A DNA stretch of 54,656 bases, filler included, from Sphacelaria rigidula (taxonomy: Eukaryota), in the NCBI GenBank assembly GCA_964200075.2. It is 5 parts of 5 records of this genome, joined end to end, with 100 filler letters (N's around TTAATTAATTAA, not from the genome) between each part and the next. Parts side by side here need not be neighbours in the genome. Positions count along the whole stretch, not along the records: positions 10,954 to 21,805 come from CAXNAA020005796.1; positions 21,906 to 32,756 come from CAXNAA020005797.1; 3 more parts are not named here. The stretch is one strand, 5' to 3'. Made by a program: the position numbers and the translations under genes. Every line of letters begins with the position of its first letter. Positions within the stretch are counted from its first letter, which is position 1. The notes beneath the pieces are model-generated. The model saw nothing but the letters and a program-made list of their open reading frames with translations, ran no database searches and was not told the DNA's origin. Positions 10,954 through 23,648 of the stretch are shown piece by piece.

Positions 10954-13169
10954 CACGCGTCTTCTCCTCCCTCCTGGGCGATGCTGTCTGGGCCGCTCTT
11001 GACTGCACAGCAGGTGCGGACCGTGCTTGCGAAAACAGGATATTTGCCATCATCCAACGCTTTTCACCGTTTTCCGCGGAGGCGTTTAAAATACTATTAA
11101 AAAAAAGAACAAATTTCCCGGCGTAACACTGACTAAATGTGCACCTATCACCTGCTCAGTTCCGCAGGTAAAGTACATTATATTGTTATCTTGCATGAAC
11201 GACACCCATTTTCGTTTTGGTTTCCCGACAGGAATTCTCAGTGTTATTTGGATTGGCGTTTGAAGACTGTACCCATGCTGTCCGACGGGCGCACGCGCCA
11301 TGCCAAGAATAAGTAGACGCCTCAAAATGGGCTATTGTTTTTGCCTAATACGAACTCTTGTCGAAAAGGTCAGGATATACGACCCCCCCAGAACGGGCTG
11401 AACTTGACGAAGCACGTTTTGCGAACTACTCAACAACACCTGGGCAGCAATAGCTCATAGTTGTGTGGAATACTCCAGCGGTGGACCAATCCGTCCGCAG
11501 GCAGTAGATATCCAGAGAGTTGTGGACAAAGGTTACGCTTGGATTTTGAAGGTCGGCCATGAATGAGTAAAATACAGTGCACTAGAGTGTACTACGTACT
11601 ACAGTGAAGCATACTGTACTCTAGCTGCGATCACTGCCTTCAAAAAACACGTGGCAACATATGCAAGGCTTCGGCTGCGCTGCAAAACACGTGGAGAGCG
11701 ATGTACTATGCTTCACTACCAGCTGTACTCTACCCCGCACCAGTGCTAGTGTCCTGTATAATACTCTAGTACTACCTGCAGCTGTCCTCATCATAGCTAT
11801 GCTGACCGTGCTGGGTCGTACACTATTGTACTGCGCTATACTATACTGTTCGGGTACAGTACTGACTGTTCATCTGACAGCATGGCTACGTCCGTTTCGT
11901 AAACCGAGGGCCGAGGAGCAACTTGTGTGGCCTATCTTCAAGTTGCGAGTTTCTTATGTATATTTCCCACGACATTCACAATTACGACAGGGTTCAGGAC
12001 CTGGGTTTTTAATGAGGGGGATTTGTATCTCATCCACAACTAGCCCGACATATTTCTCGGCCCCCTCCCTCCCCCGGTCCTGTCCGACGACACCACACAC
12101 GGTGGAGTTTGTTTCCAGTCAGTCAAAGAAACCAGCGAAAAGCGTCGATCAATCCGAAAACTGCGTGCTTCTTCGTTCCGTGATCTTGCGCTTCGGTTAA
12201 TAACTTTCCGGGGAAACATTAGCAGAGAAGTCTAACCGAACTAGCAAATTCCGCCGGATGACGTCATCCTTATCCAGACGTCCCTCCGTTCCGAAGGACC
12301 GTGGATAGCGTCAGCCTTCGACCAAGAAATATCGGTCAATCAGAAAATCTGCATTCCATTTTCCCCTTTGGAAGAACCCACCGTGTGGCGTCATCAATGC
12401 TCAAAGCGTCAATAAATTTGATCGGTCAACACTCAAGTGCTGATAGAGTGGCTCAATGGTGAAGTTCCTCTAACGAACAAAACATGCGACAGCTCGAACG
12501 TCGGTGCGTCCTCTCGTTCTCCGCCGGACGAAGTTCTCTGGGAAAGGGGGAGGAAGACTTTAGTTGGGTCAGGCCCGGGAACGCGTCAGTAGCGCTGGCG
12601 AGGAGCGACCCGGATGGCACGCTGTACCACGCGTGAAGGACCCACACACGATGCATGTAACCGCCACAACAATGTACTGAGAAACATAGACCACGCTATT
12701 TACGCAGAGTCAATACGAAAATGACTGCATCCACATGAACCTATGACACACGTTCTGCAAAGCCTCCCACTACAACCTACTGGTAGAAAGGGCGGTCATC
12801 CAACATTCAAAACCTTGACAAGCGATCGACAGGATGATACTCGGAAGTCAACGTGCGGTGTTGGGCGGGCCATACGTCAACTTCTTGCGTGGTGTTGTGT
12901 ATCACAGCGTTCTGCCTAGCACTGTTCTATTAATACACTCTTGAGCGCCTTCGCAAGAAACGGGTGACGGTAAACATTCCGATTTCGCGTGGAGGGTCCG
13001 CACATGCTGTTCATGCAGTAGCGGACCAGATAGCATGGCCCAGGCGGCAGGAGCAAACGCGAGGACGTTTGAGGTGTGTTGTGCGCATATAGACAGACAC
13101 TTACGCTCGCTAAGTGGAACGGTAACAGTGCTGTGTGCAACGAGTAACTGCAGAATCAGTGCGGCCTAG

Positions 13170-14250
13170 GGTGGTGAGATATCCATAAAGCACTGCAACC
13201 CGTGGCTGTCTCCTGAAGTGGCGATACCAGAAAGCAAAGCAACTCATTGACAGCTGCCATCAATAGGCAAGACAATTGGTACACTTCGGGCCGAACAACC
13301 TTAGACTGCTGCCGAGATAGCCCCCCCCCCAAACCGGCCAATAACGTGCACGGGGGCGATGATCATAACTGCCGTTAATGCTGGTTTCGTGCTGCGCGAC
13401 GCGACTGATTTGGGCGTTAGAGCTGATTTCGGACTGCCACACGCGTCTCATGTGGGCGAAATTGCTGCGAACGAGCCCAATGGTGGGATCGCAGCCGGTT
13501 CGTTGGATGGTGCCGGTGCACTTTTTGTGGGGGGGGCATCACGGCATTAGTCTTTAGCAGGATGCAGCTCACCCTTCGTGCGACTCGCCAAACAAACCAC
13601 GGCGCTTCACGCTTGGTGATTGACTGAAAGCCTGGTCCAGCGAGAACCCGGCGTGCTTCGTCCCGGCTTTGCAGGGATGCGAAGTCAATGGTCTTATAAC
13701 TATGGCCTGCGAGATCATGACCCCCTTCCCCCCCTTGAGGGTTGGCGTCGGCTGGTAACGACGCTGTAAAACACGCTACTCGCTGCGTAAGCTAGGTGAC
13801 TAAGTTACCGCTTTTTTCTTGCTCGCGTTATTTTGAGGCAACCACGATGGTGGTCGAGTTACAGTATATTGTGCGGAGGGAAGAACCTCAACTCCGCGCA
13901 AAGGCGATGATCGTACTATTGTACGTAGTGTACGAATGGTGAGACGCCTATAAGGTAGTGTCACCCGTGACTGCCTCTGGAAGCAGCGATACCAGAACAT
14001 GAAGCAACGCATTGAAGGCTATCATCCATATGCAAGATCATCAGTGCGCTTCGGACCGAACAATCTTAGCAGGATGCAGATCACCCCTCATGCGACTTGC
14101 CGAACACACCACCGCGCTTCGCGCTTGGCGAGCGATTGCGAGTCTGGTCCAGCGAAACCCGGCGTGCTCCCTCCCGGCTTTGCAGGGATACGAGGTCAAC
14201 TGTCCTATGACTACGGCATGCAAGATCATGTACCCGCCCCCGTCCCCGTG
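13170..14250 (+). repeat. Two tandem copies of repeat family D (~13170-13735, ~13830-14250); the first is interrupted by a MITE
   Basis: Shared strings gcgataccagaa, ttagcaggatgcag, tggtccagcga, cccggctttgcagggat and agatcatg. Confidence 0.8.
13304..13552. mobile_element. MITE family C, copy 1 (GACT termini, 4-bp TSD ctta/ttta)
   Basis: TIRs gactgctgccgagatagccccccc / gggggggcatcacggcattagtc. The empty site is visible in the paralogous D copy (aacaatcttagcaggatg, ~14060). An inverted homolog lies at 52646-52893. Confidence 0.88.
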
Positions 14251-14509
14251 AAACCTGACCGCCGGTGTTACGGAGAGCACCGCGCTCGTGTAACACCACC
14301 GGCAGAGACACGGAGAAGGCTTTCATCATCTACAGAGCACAAGCTTGTCATTGCAAAGGGTTTGCTGAAATCCATCCACGTCATAGATGAAAAGAAACAG
14401 CTGAAGCTCGAAGACGTCAAAAATTCGCTCCAAACCAGACGCAGTTGAGTACCCCATACGGTACCAACAGTGCACCCCAGTTCAGTAACGCACAGGACAG
14501 CGCTAGTTG

Positions 14510-14705
14510 CGTTCCACACCAGTACATGGACACTGTGGAGTACCCCACACCGTACGAACAGTACACCACAGTTCAGTACCAAAAAGCACAGTAAACGTTC
14601 GCTTCACACCAGTACATGGACACTGTGGAGTACTCCATACGGGACAAACAGTACACCCAGTTCAACACAGCACAGCACAGCACAGCACAGCACAGCACAG
14701 CACAG
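14510..14705 (+). repeat. 90-bp direct duplication followed by a (CAGCA)n microsatellite
   Basis: cacaccagtacatggacactgtggagtac occurs twice, 90 bp apart; cacagcacag run at ~14665-14705. Confidence 0.85.
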
Positions 14706-15899
14706 TGAAGTTCAGTGCAATACCGAGTAATGTACAGACTGCGAAGTACAGTGCTTGATACTAAAGTGCCTCCACTGCAAAGAGACGCCATGTACAGTAC
14801 TAATGCATGTGTAGCGGTCGGCTCGAAACCTATATGAATATGGCCATGCTAACAGCGGCCTCGGGTTATGTGTAAGTTTGTGGGTTGTGTTGACCATGAA
14901 CGAAGATGCACATTGCTGCTCGTGCCCCTATAGGCAAAATGAACGTATGCTTAGACGTTCCCCCGAGGTTCAAACGACCCTCCACGTGAAACAGCATCAA
15001 TGGAGTTGACATAGACATAATTTTTCGAGATATGAAGTCGAACGCTACTACAGATCACGATTGCACCGTCACATTTCATAGCACAAAACACAACTCCGTT
15101 GCCGCAGGACGGCACGGGATGTAAACCGCACGATGCAAAACACGTTGGATCAAAAGCATTGGTGTTCAAACCTCCACCCACCCGCCTCCAGGACGTTGGC
15201 TCACGGAAGATGTGGAGGGCCCCCAGGAAACACGATCGGGCAGGAAAGACGCCACCTGTGAAGTCTCGAGTACGCTGGCGTCGGGGCAAGGCACACCGAA
15301 GTAAGGTACCGCCATCGAATTGGCCGACAATAATTCCCAACTAAGTGGGCAACACCCGGCGCGAAGACGGGGGAGCTGTCGGAGGGAGACTAGTGGAGGT
15401 GGGGGATTCAACTCCATATCCCAAAGCGAAGAAAAGGCGAAGAAATTACAAGCCACGTCCAACTCTAAGAGACCAATACCCACACATGCTCACTTATCGA
15501 CGTCGAGACGGAAGAGGGATACGAGGAATCACCGGACAACTGAAGGCTGTATTGTAGCACAGGAACCGGACAAACGAAGATCAGCTAAAGGCACAACACT
15601 CTCCTGAGGTAGCGCCTACACCCGCATCACCAGACAGCTGAAGAGTGCTGTCAATCAACGCTCGTCAGATACGCGGACTTCTCCCATGATGGTTACGTAG
15701 ACTTCAACTGCTGTAGTTGTTCATATATTAACCCTAGCTGTTCATTATACAGGAGAGCAGCATCACGGGTGCCCACGGGATGAGAACTACGCTCATATAC
15801 CATCGACCCGCAGACCCGCGATCCATCAACCAGCCGAAAACGTATCTACTTAACGCTGTCCCGACTGCATTCCTGTACCTGACCTACGTAACAATGGTG

Positions 15900-18800
15900 G
15901 GTGGATAGATTCAACACAGCGCAGCAAAACGACCTCCTAGATGATCGCCGGGAGGTTTTTCAACACCATCGAGACACGGTAATAAGAGACCGGGCTCGCC
16001 GTACTCTTCGGAATCAACATCTTCGAACGCGCTTGCATCAAAACCGAGGCGGCAGAAGAAGGGTAGACATGCTGCCATTTCTGAATCGACCCAGGTCCAG
16101 TTCCCGACGTCGACAGCTCATATGGTGGCGCCTGAACGAGAGGATGTTGCATCAGCGCCAATGAATCAGGCTGACAGCGAGCTGATAAAGGATACGGAAT
16201 ATCAGACGCCACCCCCCGGTGCTGGTCGTGGTGAACATCGCGCGCACGGTGAAAGAAGGAGGATATCGACACGACGAAGTTGCTCACAAAGACCTTCCTC
16301 AAACCGCGATAGCATTAGGTGAGTGGAAGCAGGTCGTGCGAAAGGCCGATTCGGGGTTTTGGTCGAGATATGTTTGGCATAATCGTTCACCTTGTCGACG
16401 GCGGATGCTCCAGGTGCTCATCTTGCGTAGGACTCACGACGCTGCATCGCGGCTGTGCATCGTGTGCCACCGGCCGGATCTTCGCGAAGGCTATTTGCGG
16501 TGTCATCTGGGCGCGGCAAAGACTGAGCTATCTTTGGAGTGGTGTGCGGATGGCGTTAGTGTGAGCCTGGTACGGTTGTGCAAAACCGATCCAGTTCAGA
16601 TAACTTATGCAACCGCGATGATCGTTTTCCGCGCTCCTTTGAGCGACACAGGAGCACCACTGATAGGCAGAAGACGAAGTCCCGCCGTTCACGCTGTGCC
16701 ACACCCGAAACTCTAACTCTAGCTCCTGACCATACTCCTGCTGAGGTGGAGTTCATCGAAGAATTACGCCATGAGAAATTGCCGACCTTGGGGTGGGGAA
16801 ACTTATGAGGCTGCAGGACGTCTAATCATGGCTAACATAAGCTAGGATCGCAGCAAAGACCCGGGCTGTTTTCGACAGTCGCACTAGGACACAAGCGATG
16901 GAGGTTCTCGGAACGGTGATGAGGGTCGGCACAGCCAACGCCACTGTAAAAAAGGTAAGTGGAGTTGAGGTGGCTGCAGGCGATGGGCGACGGAAGCTCA
17001 TCTCCCTCGTGCCTGCGGTAGTGCCGCCCGAGGTAGCCATGGTGGTTGACCTCGAGATTCGCGACATGCGTGTCAAAGGGCAAGACTTAAATGGTTTGGT
17101 CTCCCACCTTGAGACCCCCAGCTCAAGAATGATCCAACCCTAGCATTCGCGCTCAAGCGCGTGACGAATGTAGGGTCGGTGGAGGAGAAACGGACCGTGG
17201 TCATAGCGGCTGGGTCTCTCATGACGATGGACATCGAAGGTACACCTGAACTGCAGAGCGTGTCGGGGAATAGGGCTGAGATATACGCTGCTCACGCGGG
17301 GAGAAATATCTGCTCCATGGATCATTTCCTGACGCATTATTCACCGCCCACAATGTTGGCGCTGATGAACAATCTGCGCCATCTGGTTTTGCCGGGGGAT
17401 AACCCCAAGTTGCATTTTTTGTCGGGGAGGACGCGACAAGAGGGACCAATGGGGTGTCGACAGATGCCCCTTGCACGGCCGCAGCGGTGGGTGATGAGAT
17501 GCCGGTGGCATGGATGGGAGAGCAGGAGCAAGATCGAGGAAACAACGGCGGCAGCAAAATCATATCTGCCAAGTACGGCGCTTCCCCACCGTTCTAGTTG
17601 TGACACGCAACCCCATCTGCCGTGGTGGCGTCATAGCAGCGGGCCTCATCAGAGCATCAACAGTACAGCCGGTCCCGGTATAGGTGAGGGAGAGATGTCC
17701 CCGGTCCACTCCATCATCCAATTCGGGAGGTTGAACGGGAACCACCTAAAACACCGGCTCGTGAGTTCCATCGACACTGATCAGTGCGTTATCATACTGC
17801 TGACTATGTCGTCCGGGTGTATCACGCCGAAGGGCTTCGACGCGGTGCAAGCCATAGTCAAGCGATTTGTCGATGGCAGCACACGGTATATACTGGACAG
17901 GGTATATAGCGCAATCGAGAATCTGAGAGATGGGAGCGAGAGTGCTTGGCCGGCCGACGGGCAGTATCATTGGCTGACGCAATCTCTGAAGTTGATACTG
18001 TCCGTTTTAAGTTACCTGTTGACTAGATGCGACTTCTTGCCACATGTGTCCGGGATTACTTTCTTCATGATGTGGGATTTGTTCTGACAGCCCTGCGAAC
18101 GCCGAATTTATTCACAAAGCCAATGCTGGTGGGCAAGACGGTACCCTGAGGGTGGATCTCGACAAGGGCGTGCAGCTGCCGGCTACGTTCTTTTCAGGTA
18201 CGAAAACATCTTTGCGCAAATCGTCGCGGACCCGGGGCTTCTGTTCATCACATTCCGGCAAGACCTTGAAGTCGTACGTGGACAAGATCCGCATATGCAT
18301 CTCCACAGTGCATGGGCATATGCCTCCCGTGGGGGGGCGCTTCGGGGCCGGATGCTCACGATGGACTTCAACGGGCGCGAGTGGGACGTTCAGCCAGAAA
18401 AGAAGCTAGTCACGAGGGTGGTAGAAAATCGACGAGCACAGGGGTGGTGGAGCTCGCACGTGACAACATTGTTTTTTACTTATCAAGCCACACGCATGTT
18501 GACACATCCGGAGGCCTGCAAACCCTCAAGTGTTCATGAAAGACGGCAAAGGCAGCGCAGAGGAGCCGCAGGTAACGGGGGTTCAGATGTTTGGGGGAAC
18601 TGCACGCTAAGCTGTTGCTACGGCCATTACTTCTTGTCGCTCCCCTCCCCTCCTCTCCCCTCTCCAGCGAACGGCGCGACTTCGGCTGCGGACGCCGGCG
18701 GCGGTAGTAGCGGTGCGCGCGGCCGATCCCAGCGTGGGAGAGGCGAATCCACGGCGAACCGTAGACGGGGCATGGGGAATGAAGCGAGCAATGCATTGGG

Positions 18801-19050
18801 GGAAGCTGTTGATACGCATGGTGATGGGGAGCCGTGTTGGCGAGAGGATGGGAGGGTGGTGATCGGGGGATGGGATCCGGCACCAGATCCTACCAGTCGC
18901 AATTGTTGCGACGATGGACTAGATGGGACCATCAGACGCGGGTCGAAGGATTCAACCAGGATCTGGATTTCATATTCTGAATGCTGCGGGTCAGAGAGAG
19001 GACCCGGCATCGAAAGCGGGCGACGACCACGATGGCGATTACGCGAGTAG
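15900..19050 (+). pseudogene. Decayed Academ(X)-like DNA transposon ORF: transposase + XPG/PIN-like nuclease + Cys-rich finger
   Basis: Motifs in order: FSTVAL(D)QAMEV at ~16869-16905 (frameshifted); GIGEGEM at ~17680; VSSIDTDQCVIILL at ~17770; LLTRCDFLPHVSG at ~18020; LKCS*K...CTLSCC at ~18525-18620. Multiple stops and frameshifts. Confidence 0.55.
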
Positions 19051-21565
19051 ATTGAGACTGCTAGGAATTTTCGAGGCATTTCTGTTTGTACAAAGGTCGA
19101 ACGCGTAGATAAGTACTATTTGAGGGTGTCTTCTCCAGGAGGTAGTGAACAATCATGCTTCGTGGACATAGAGATAGTGGTGCGTGCATGGTGCGGTGCG
19201 CCCTTGGGTGCACAAGTGTACAAGGATGGTGTGGCGACACCCTTGGGCGAATCATTGATTGTTTATGAAGTCAAACACTAGTCTGAACTAAACGAACGTA
19301 TCGACACGAAGACACAAATCTGAACCAACTGATGGCACCGAAGTGGACGTTTTCAAAGGCTGTGCTACATTGTCAACGCACGAGCATCGACTCTGCTCGT
19401 GGGGTGGTTTCGAACGTGCTTCGACAGCGAGCGAAGTGACGGGCATCGCTGGTATGAACAATGTGCTGGACGTTGGAAAAGCGTCGGAGAACATCAGCAC
19501 TCTCCCTTCGACATGCCCCGTACTGAATCGATTTTACCCAACCGGACGGTCGATGTGACCACCTTTCCTCCGAATCACACTTCGATGTTATTTCACAGAA
19601 CCACCCTTTTGATGCCGAGGGCTTACGGTCTCGCTGACGACACCATGAGCCGGCAGTACGCGTGTATTTTACACCCTGCGTGGTGATCCATTGAGCAGGC
19701 TGCCTACGCCACCCTAACGACAGCGGCATGCACATCCTTGTAGTGCTCTTCCTATCGGCCGGCAACGTTCATGTTTGCACGTATGACTACGGGAGAATAT
19801 ACCCAAATATAAAAACCACCTGAAAGCGGTACAATTAGAACGTGCTCATTTCGGATATCAACTACGATATCTTACGCCTTCTCATCGCATCTCACATGTT
19901 CCACGACTCTCCACGGGGTCAGCAACATCTCAACTCACACAGAAGCTGCAGAGATAAATCAAGCTACCCTGTGTTACCAAGATGCATGCCCCCCAGTCCT
20001 TCACGTTCCGGTATCACAATCCGTTGCCGCGGATGAAAATGCCGAGGTCAAGTGAACGCCACCCGTTGCAAATACTGCACTATTCACAGGAGTGGTTGAT
20101 GCAATCTTGGTCTTGAACAATGTCTAATAGCTGGTTCAACTGTGTGTAAAGTTTCAGCGTGCTTAAATTGGCGCAATATCAGTTTTATCTGAACGCGTGT
20201 CAGAGGGATTAGTTGGCGTGTACAAATAGGACATTTGTCGGAACTGCTCTGGGGAGGCATCCTTGCCTAGTTTGTGCGCTGTGCTCTGTGGAGATGAGCC
20301 AGGCTTCGTAGAGGATATAGTTTCGGAGGCGAACTGTAACTGGGTATCAGAATCATTGTAGTTACGTGCCCTCTCCACTTCTTCGACTCCGTCGCGTCTT
20401 GTTTTGGGATGGTGGTGAAAAACGTAACACTAATCGGGCGACACACTCATCAGTTCGAAATATCTACCGCTGTTGTTGTAACATCTCAACAAATCGCGGA
20501 TTTATAATCCACACGGTCGCAAAACTGGCGTCTCACCTGCTCTTGCTTGCCTCCACTGATGTTGTCAGGGTAAGTGTTGTGCGAAGTAGCGGCGATAAAA
20601 GGTGCCACCGCCGATGTGATTCGGTTTGTGACGTCGTTCAACGTAGAGGAGAGTGCTGCCGCTAATCCGGGCATGTTCTTTAGTGCTCCAGCGGCGACAC
20701 ATCTGTGCCGCCACATATCTGATCATCTCAGTGATCCCATAGTATGCCAAAAATTCTAGGGTGTGCCGATGGTGTAATTGTACGAGGAATTATCCCCGAT
20801 GCGCTACTACTGGCCGCAACAAGCACATGTTCGTGCTTTCGCTGACAGGTGCGGCGGGTTTACCAAAACCCTGCCGCGAAACGGCACTATTTCCTCCGCT
20901 TCCGAGAGCGAGAGCGCTTCAGTTGTTAGGTGGAAGCGTGGAATATGTGTCTAATGCACTGTTGCATTCAATAGTGCAAAACGCATATGTACGATACTGG
21001 AGCTGCTGTCTAAAGTACTGCATGTGGTCAAGGATTTCCTGATCAAGTTTTCGGGCTTCACTTAGAGTGCGCCAATCAATCAATCAAATCAATTTTCTCA
21101 AGCTTCAAGCTTCCACCGAAGATCGTTGCCCGGGTACATGGATGCAAGTGGGCGGTTCTCGCTGTAATGCCAGATACAAATAACATACCGTACACAGAAA
21201 AAAACTCTTGTTCCTGTGGTCTCAAGCGAAAACCGGGTACTTACATCTTCGTTAATAGAAAACAAATACGGAAAAACACCAACAGCCAGCGGAGAAGACA
21301 AGGGAAACCGCGCTCGCACGCAACGACTGAGGGACGCAGCAATCTGTGGCAGAATTCCCCCCTCACTGTTGCATACCCTCTCCTGTCACCCAAGCTGCCA
21401 GCAACTGCCCTGCACAAAAATCTAGAGTTCGCAGCTGCGGACGTCGCTGGCATATGATCCGGTCACAACATGGACTCGACTGGCACATGTATCCGCAAGT
21501 CCGTGGTTTCGCATTACTTGGGCTGTGTTGACGACAGGCGGCTGTAGGAACTGTGGGCGACAGTA

Positions 21566-21776
21566 CTGTAATGCGTGAGAGGACCACGTGGTGCTTAGAG
21601 GACCGCGCCGAGGCTCGAAACACCTCACGATCGACGTTTTCCAAAACCAATCGGGCCAGGCCCTGCAGGTACCACGCCCCTGACCCCAACCCCAACACTA
21701 ACCCTAACCCTAACCATGGGGATGTTCAAACTCCGATGCGGTCCTCTGAGCACGCGGTCCTCTCACGCATTATAAG
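21566..21776. mobile_element. MITE (TA-flanked, Tc1/mariner/pogo-like) with internal CCCTAA repeats, copy 1
   Basis: TIRs taatgcgtgagaggacc..gtgcttagaggaccgc / gcggtcctctgagcacgcggtcctctcacgcatta; internal ccccaaccccaacactaaccctaaccctaacc. Confidence 0.8.
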
Positions 21777-21805
21777 TACCCAAAATGTCTCCACTCTGTC
21801 AGAGG

Positions 21806-21905
21806 NNNNNNNNNNNNNNNNNNNNNNNNNNNNNNNNNNNNNNNNNNNNTTAATTAATTAANNNNNNNNNNNNNNNNNNNNNNNNNNNNNNNNNNNNNNN
21901 NNNNN
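21806..21905. other. Artificial contig spacer
   Basis: 44 N + TTAATTAATTAA + 44 N. Confidence 0.97.
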
Positions 21906-22080
21906 AAAATAAGCCAAGCGCCGAAGAAGGAAAGCAAAGCACTAAAACGAAAAGAAAAAAGAAAAAGCTCCTGTGTTGGCCTTCCTCTTGTGTGACCCCG
22001 GCTGAAGCGCCCACATATACCGGGAGGTGTAGACTGGCGTCAAAAATACAGGGGGTTACCAACTGAGCCACCGTACCTGG
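21906..22080 (-). repeat. High-copy repeat, possibly SINE-like
   Basis: Matches 43614-43706 (cctgtgttgrccttcctcytgtgtgaccc). The minus strand has a tRNA A-box-like TGGCTCAGTTGG at 22059-22070 but no clear B box. Confidence 0.5.
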
Positions 22081-22126
22081 TCCACGACTATTATACTATA
22101 CAGTAGTAGCAGCTGGATTGCCGCTG

Positions 22127-22382
22127 GAGTGATGCTACGGTAGGGGTGCACATACATTTTCTACGGTTAAACGTTTCAGGAGCCCTTTGTCTCTTCGAAA
22201 ATACGACGTATGAAATGTGTGACAGTACGCCAGGATCACTATTTCAATGTGTTGGGGATATCCCAACGGAATTTCCAAACGGGGGTGCCCTGACCCACAC
22301 TCTTGCAAATCCTGAATCATTATGAGTCATCGAACCAGACACGATTTCGCGAAAAAAGTGCACCCCTACCGTAGCATTGCCA
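22127..22382. mobile_element. Sola-like MITE family E, TSD GCTG
   Basis: gctg|gagtgatgctacggtaggggtgcac ... gtgcacccctaccgtagcattgcca|gctg; the interior is homologous to 54069-54324. Confidence 0.85.
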
Positions 22383-22900
22383 GCTGGCTGCTCAGACGTC
22401 GTGCACTGTTGCCAAGCTACGACGCGGGTAGAAAAAAACTTCCATGTTAGTAGCAGTGTGCATGCACTGCACCACGGTAGAGGAGGAGCCACGGCGTAAA
22501 TAAAGTCGAACGCTGCAGCGCAGGCAGCGCCGCAAGCACAGTGAACGGTACCAGCAGGGATAGCCGCTTGGGGCGTAGGGATGCAGCGAGTACGTGGGCA
22601 ACAGGAAAGTGCTTGGGAGTGTGTTGACACGGGCACAGCGTATGGACATTTAGGATTACGGCATCAATATGATGGAAACAGATTATGTGTTATATGACGG
22701 CTCGTTTCAGCATGATATCGGTGATCAAGCCATGCGAGAGAGCACCAAACGAGGATCAATCAACCTGTAAACAAGTGAGAAGAAGTTTCTTCTCTGATTA
22801 ATAGTCATGTGCACCTTCCGAGTGAAATAGAAAGGAAGAGGAATCATTCTGGTGTGTCAGATACGCATTCGATGTAACGTGGGTTAACGGATATGACATT

Positions 22901-23648
22901 CACCGTGTCATGTGTGAGATCACCGGCTAATGTTTTTTTCATCCGCCAGAGTCAGATAAACGAAGATGTCCCCAAACGAGTGCTGGTGCTGGACAACGAT
23001 TGGGATGTTTAAACCCTGTCCCTCGAATATTTCACCTTCCAAGGTCTGAGTAAAGATGATGTTCCCCACCAAGTGCCCATGGTCAACGACGAGTATTCTG
23101 TGTAACATCTCCCGCTCGAGTTTTCCCCCACCTGCCGGGGTGCAAAAATGATGGTCCCGGATAAGTTCTGATGATGGGTGACGAGTATCTTGTGTGATCA
23201 CTGGATCATACCGATTCTCTGCCACGGTCGTACAACAAGCGATCTCTCCGAGCAACTAATGGTGTTCGACATCCACCGTGTATTGTGAGAGATCACGGGT
23301 CATTTTTTTTATATCACCCGCCAGAGTCAGATAAACAAAGATACTCCCAAACGAGTGCTGGTGCTAGACAACGATTGTCACGTATAAACTCTGTGCCTAG
23401 AATATTTTCACCCTCTAAGGTCTGAGTAAAGATGATGTTCCCGACCAAGTGCCCACGATTAACGACGAGTATCATGTGCCAGGTATCTTGCTATTTTTTC
23501 ATCATGTGCCAGGGGGCAAAAATGATGGTCCCGGACAAGTGCTGGTGATGGGTAACGAGTATCTTCGGTAAACACTGGATCATACCGGTTCATCTGCCAG
23601 GGTCGTACCACAAGCCATCTCTGCGAGCAACTAATGGTAGTGAACAAC
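22901..23648 (+). repeat. Tandem duplication, ~373-bp unit
   Basis: ccgccagagtcagataaac, cccaaacgagtgctggtgct, aaggtctgagtaaagatgatgttccc and cactggatcataccg each occur twice; units start at 22901 and 23274. Confidence 0.9.
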
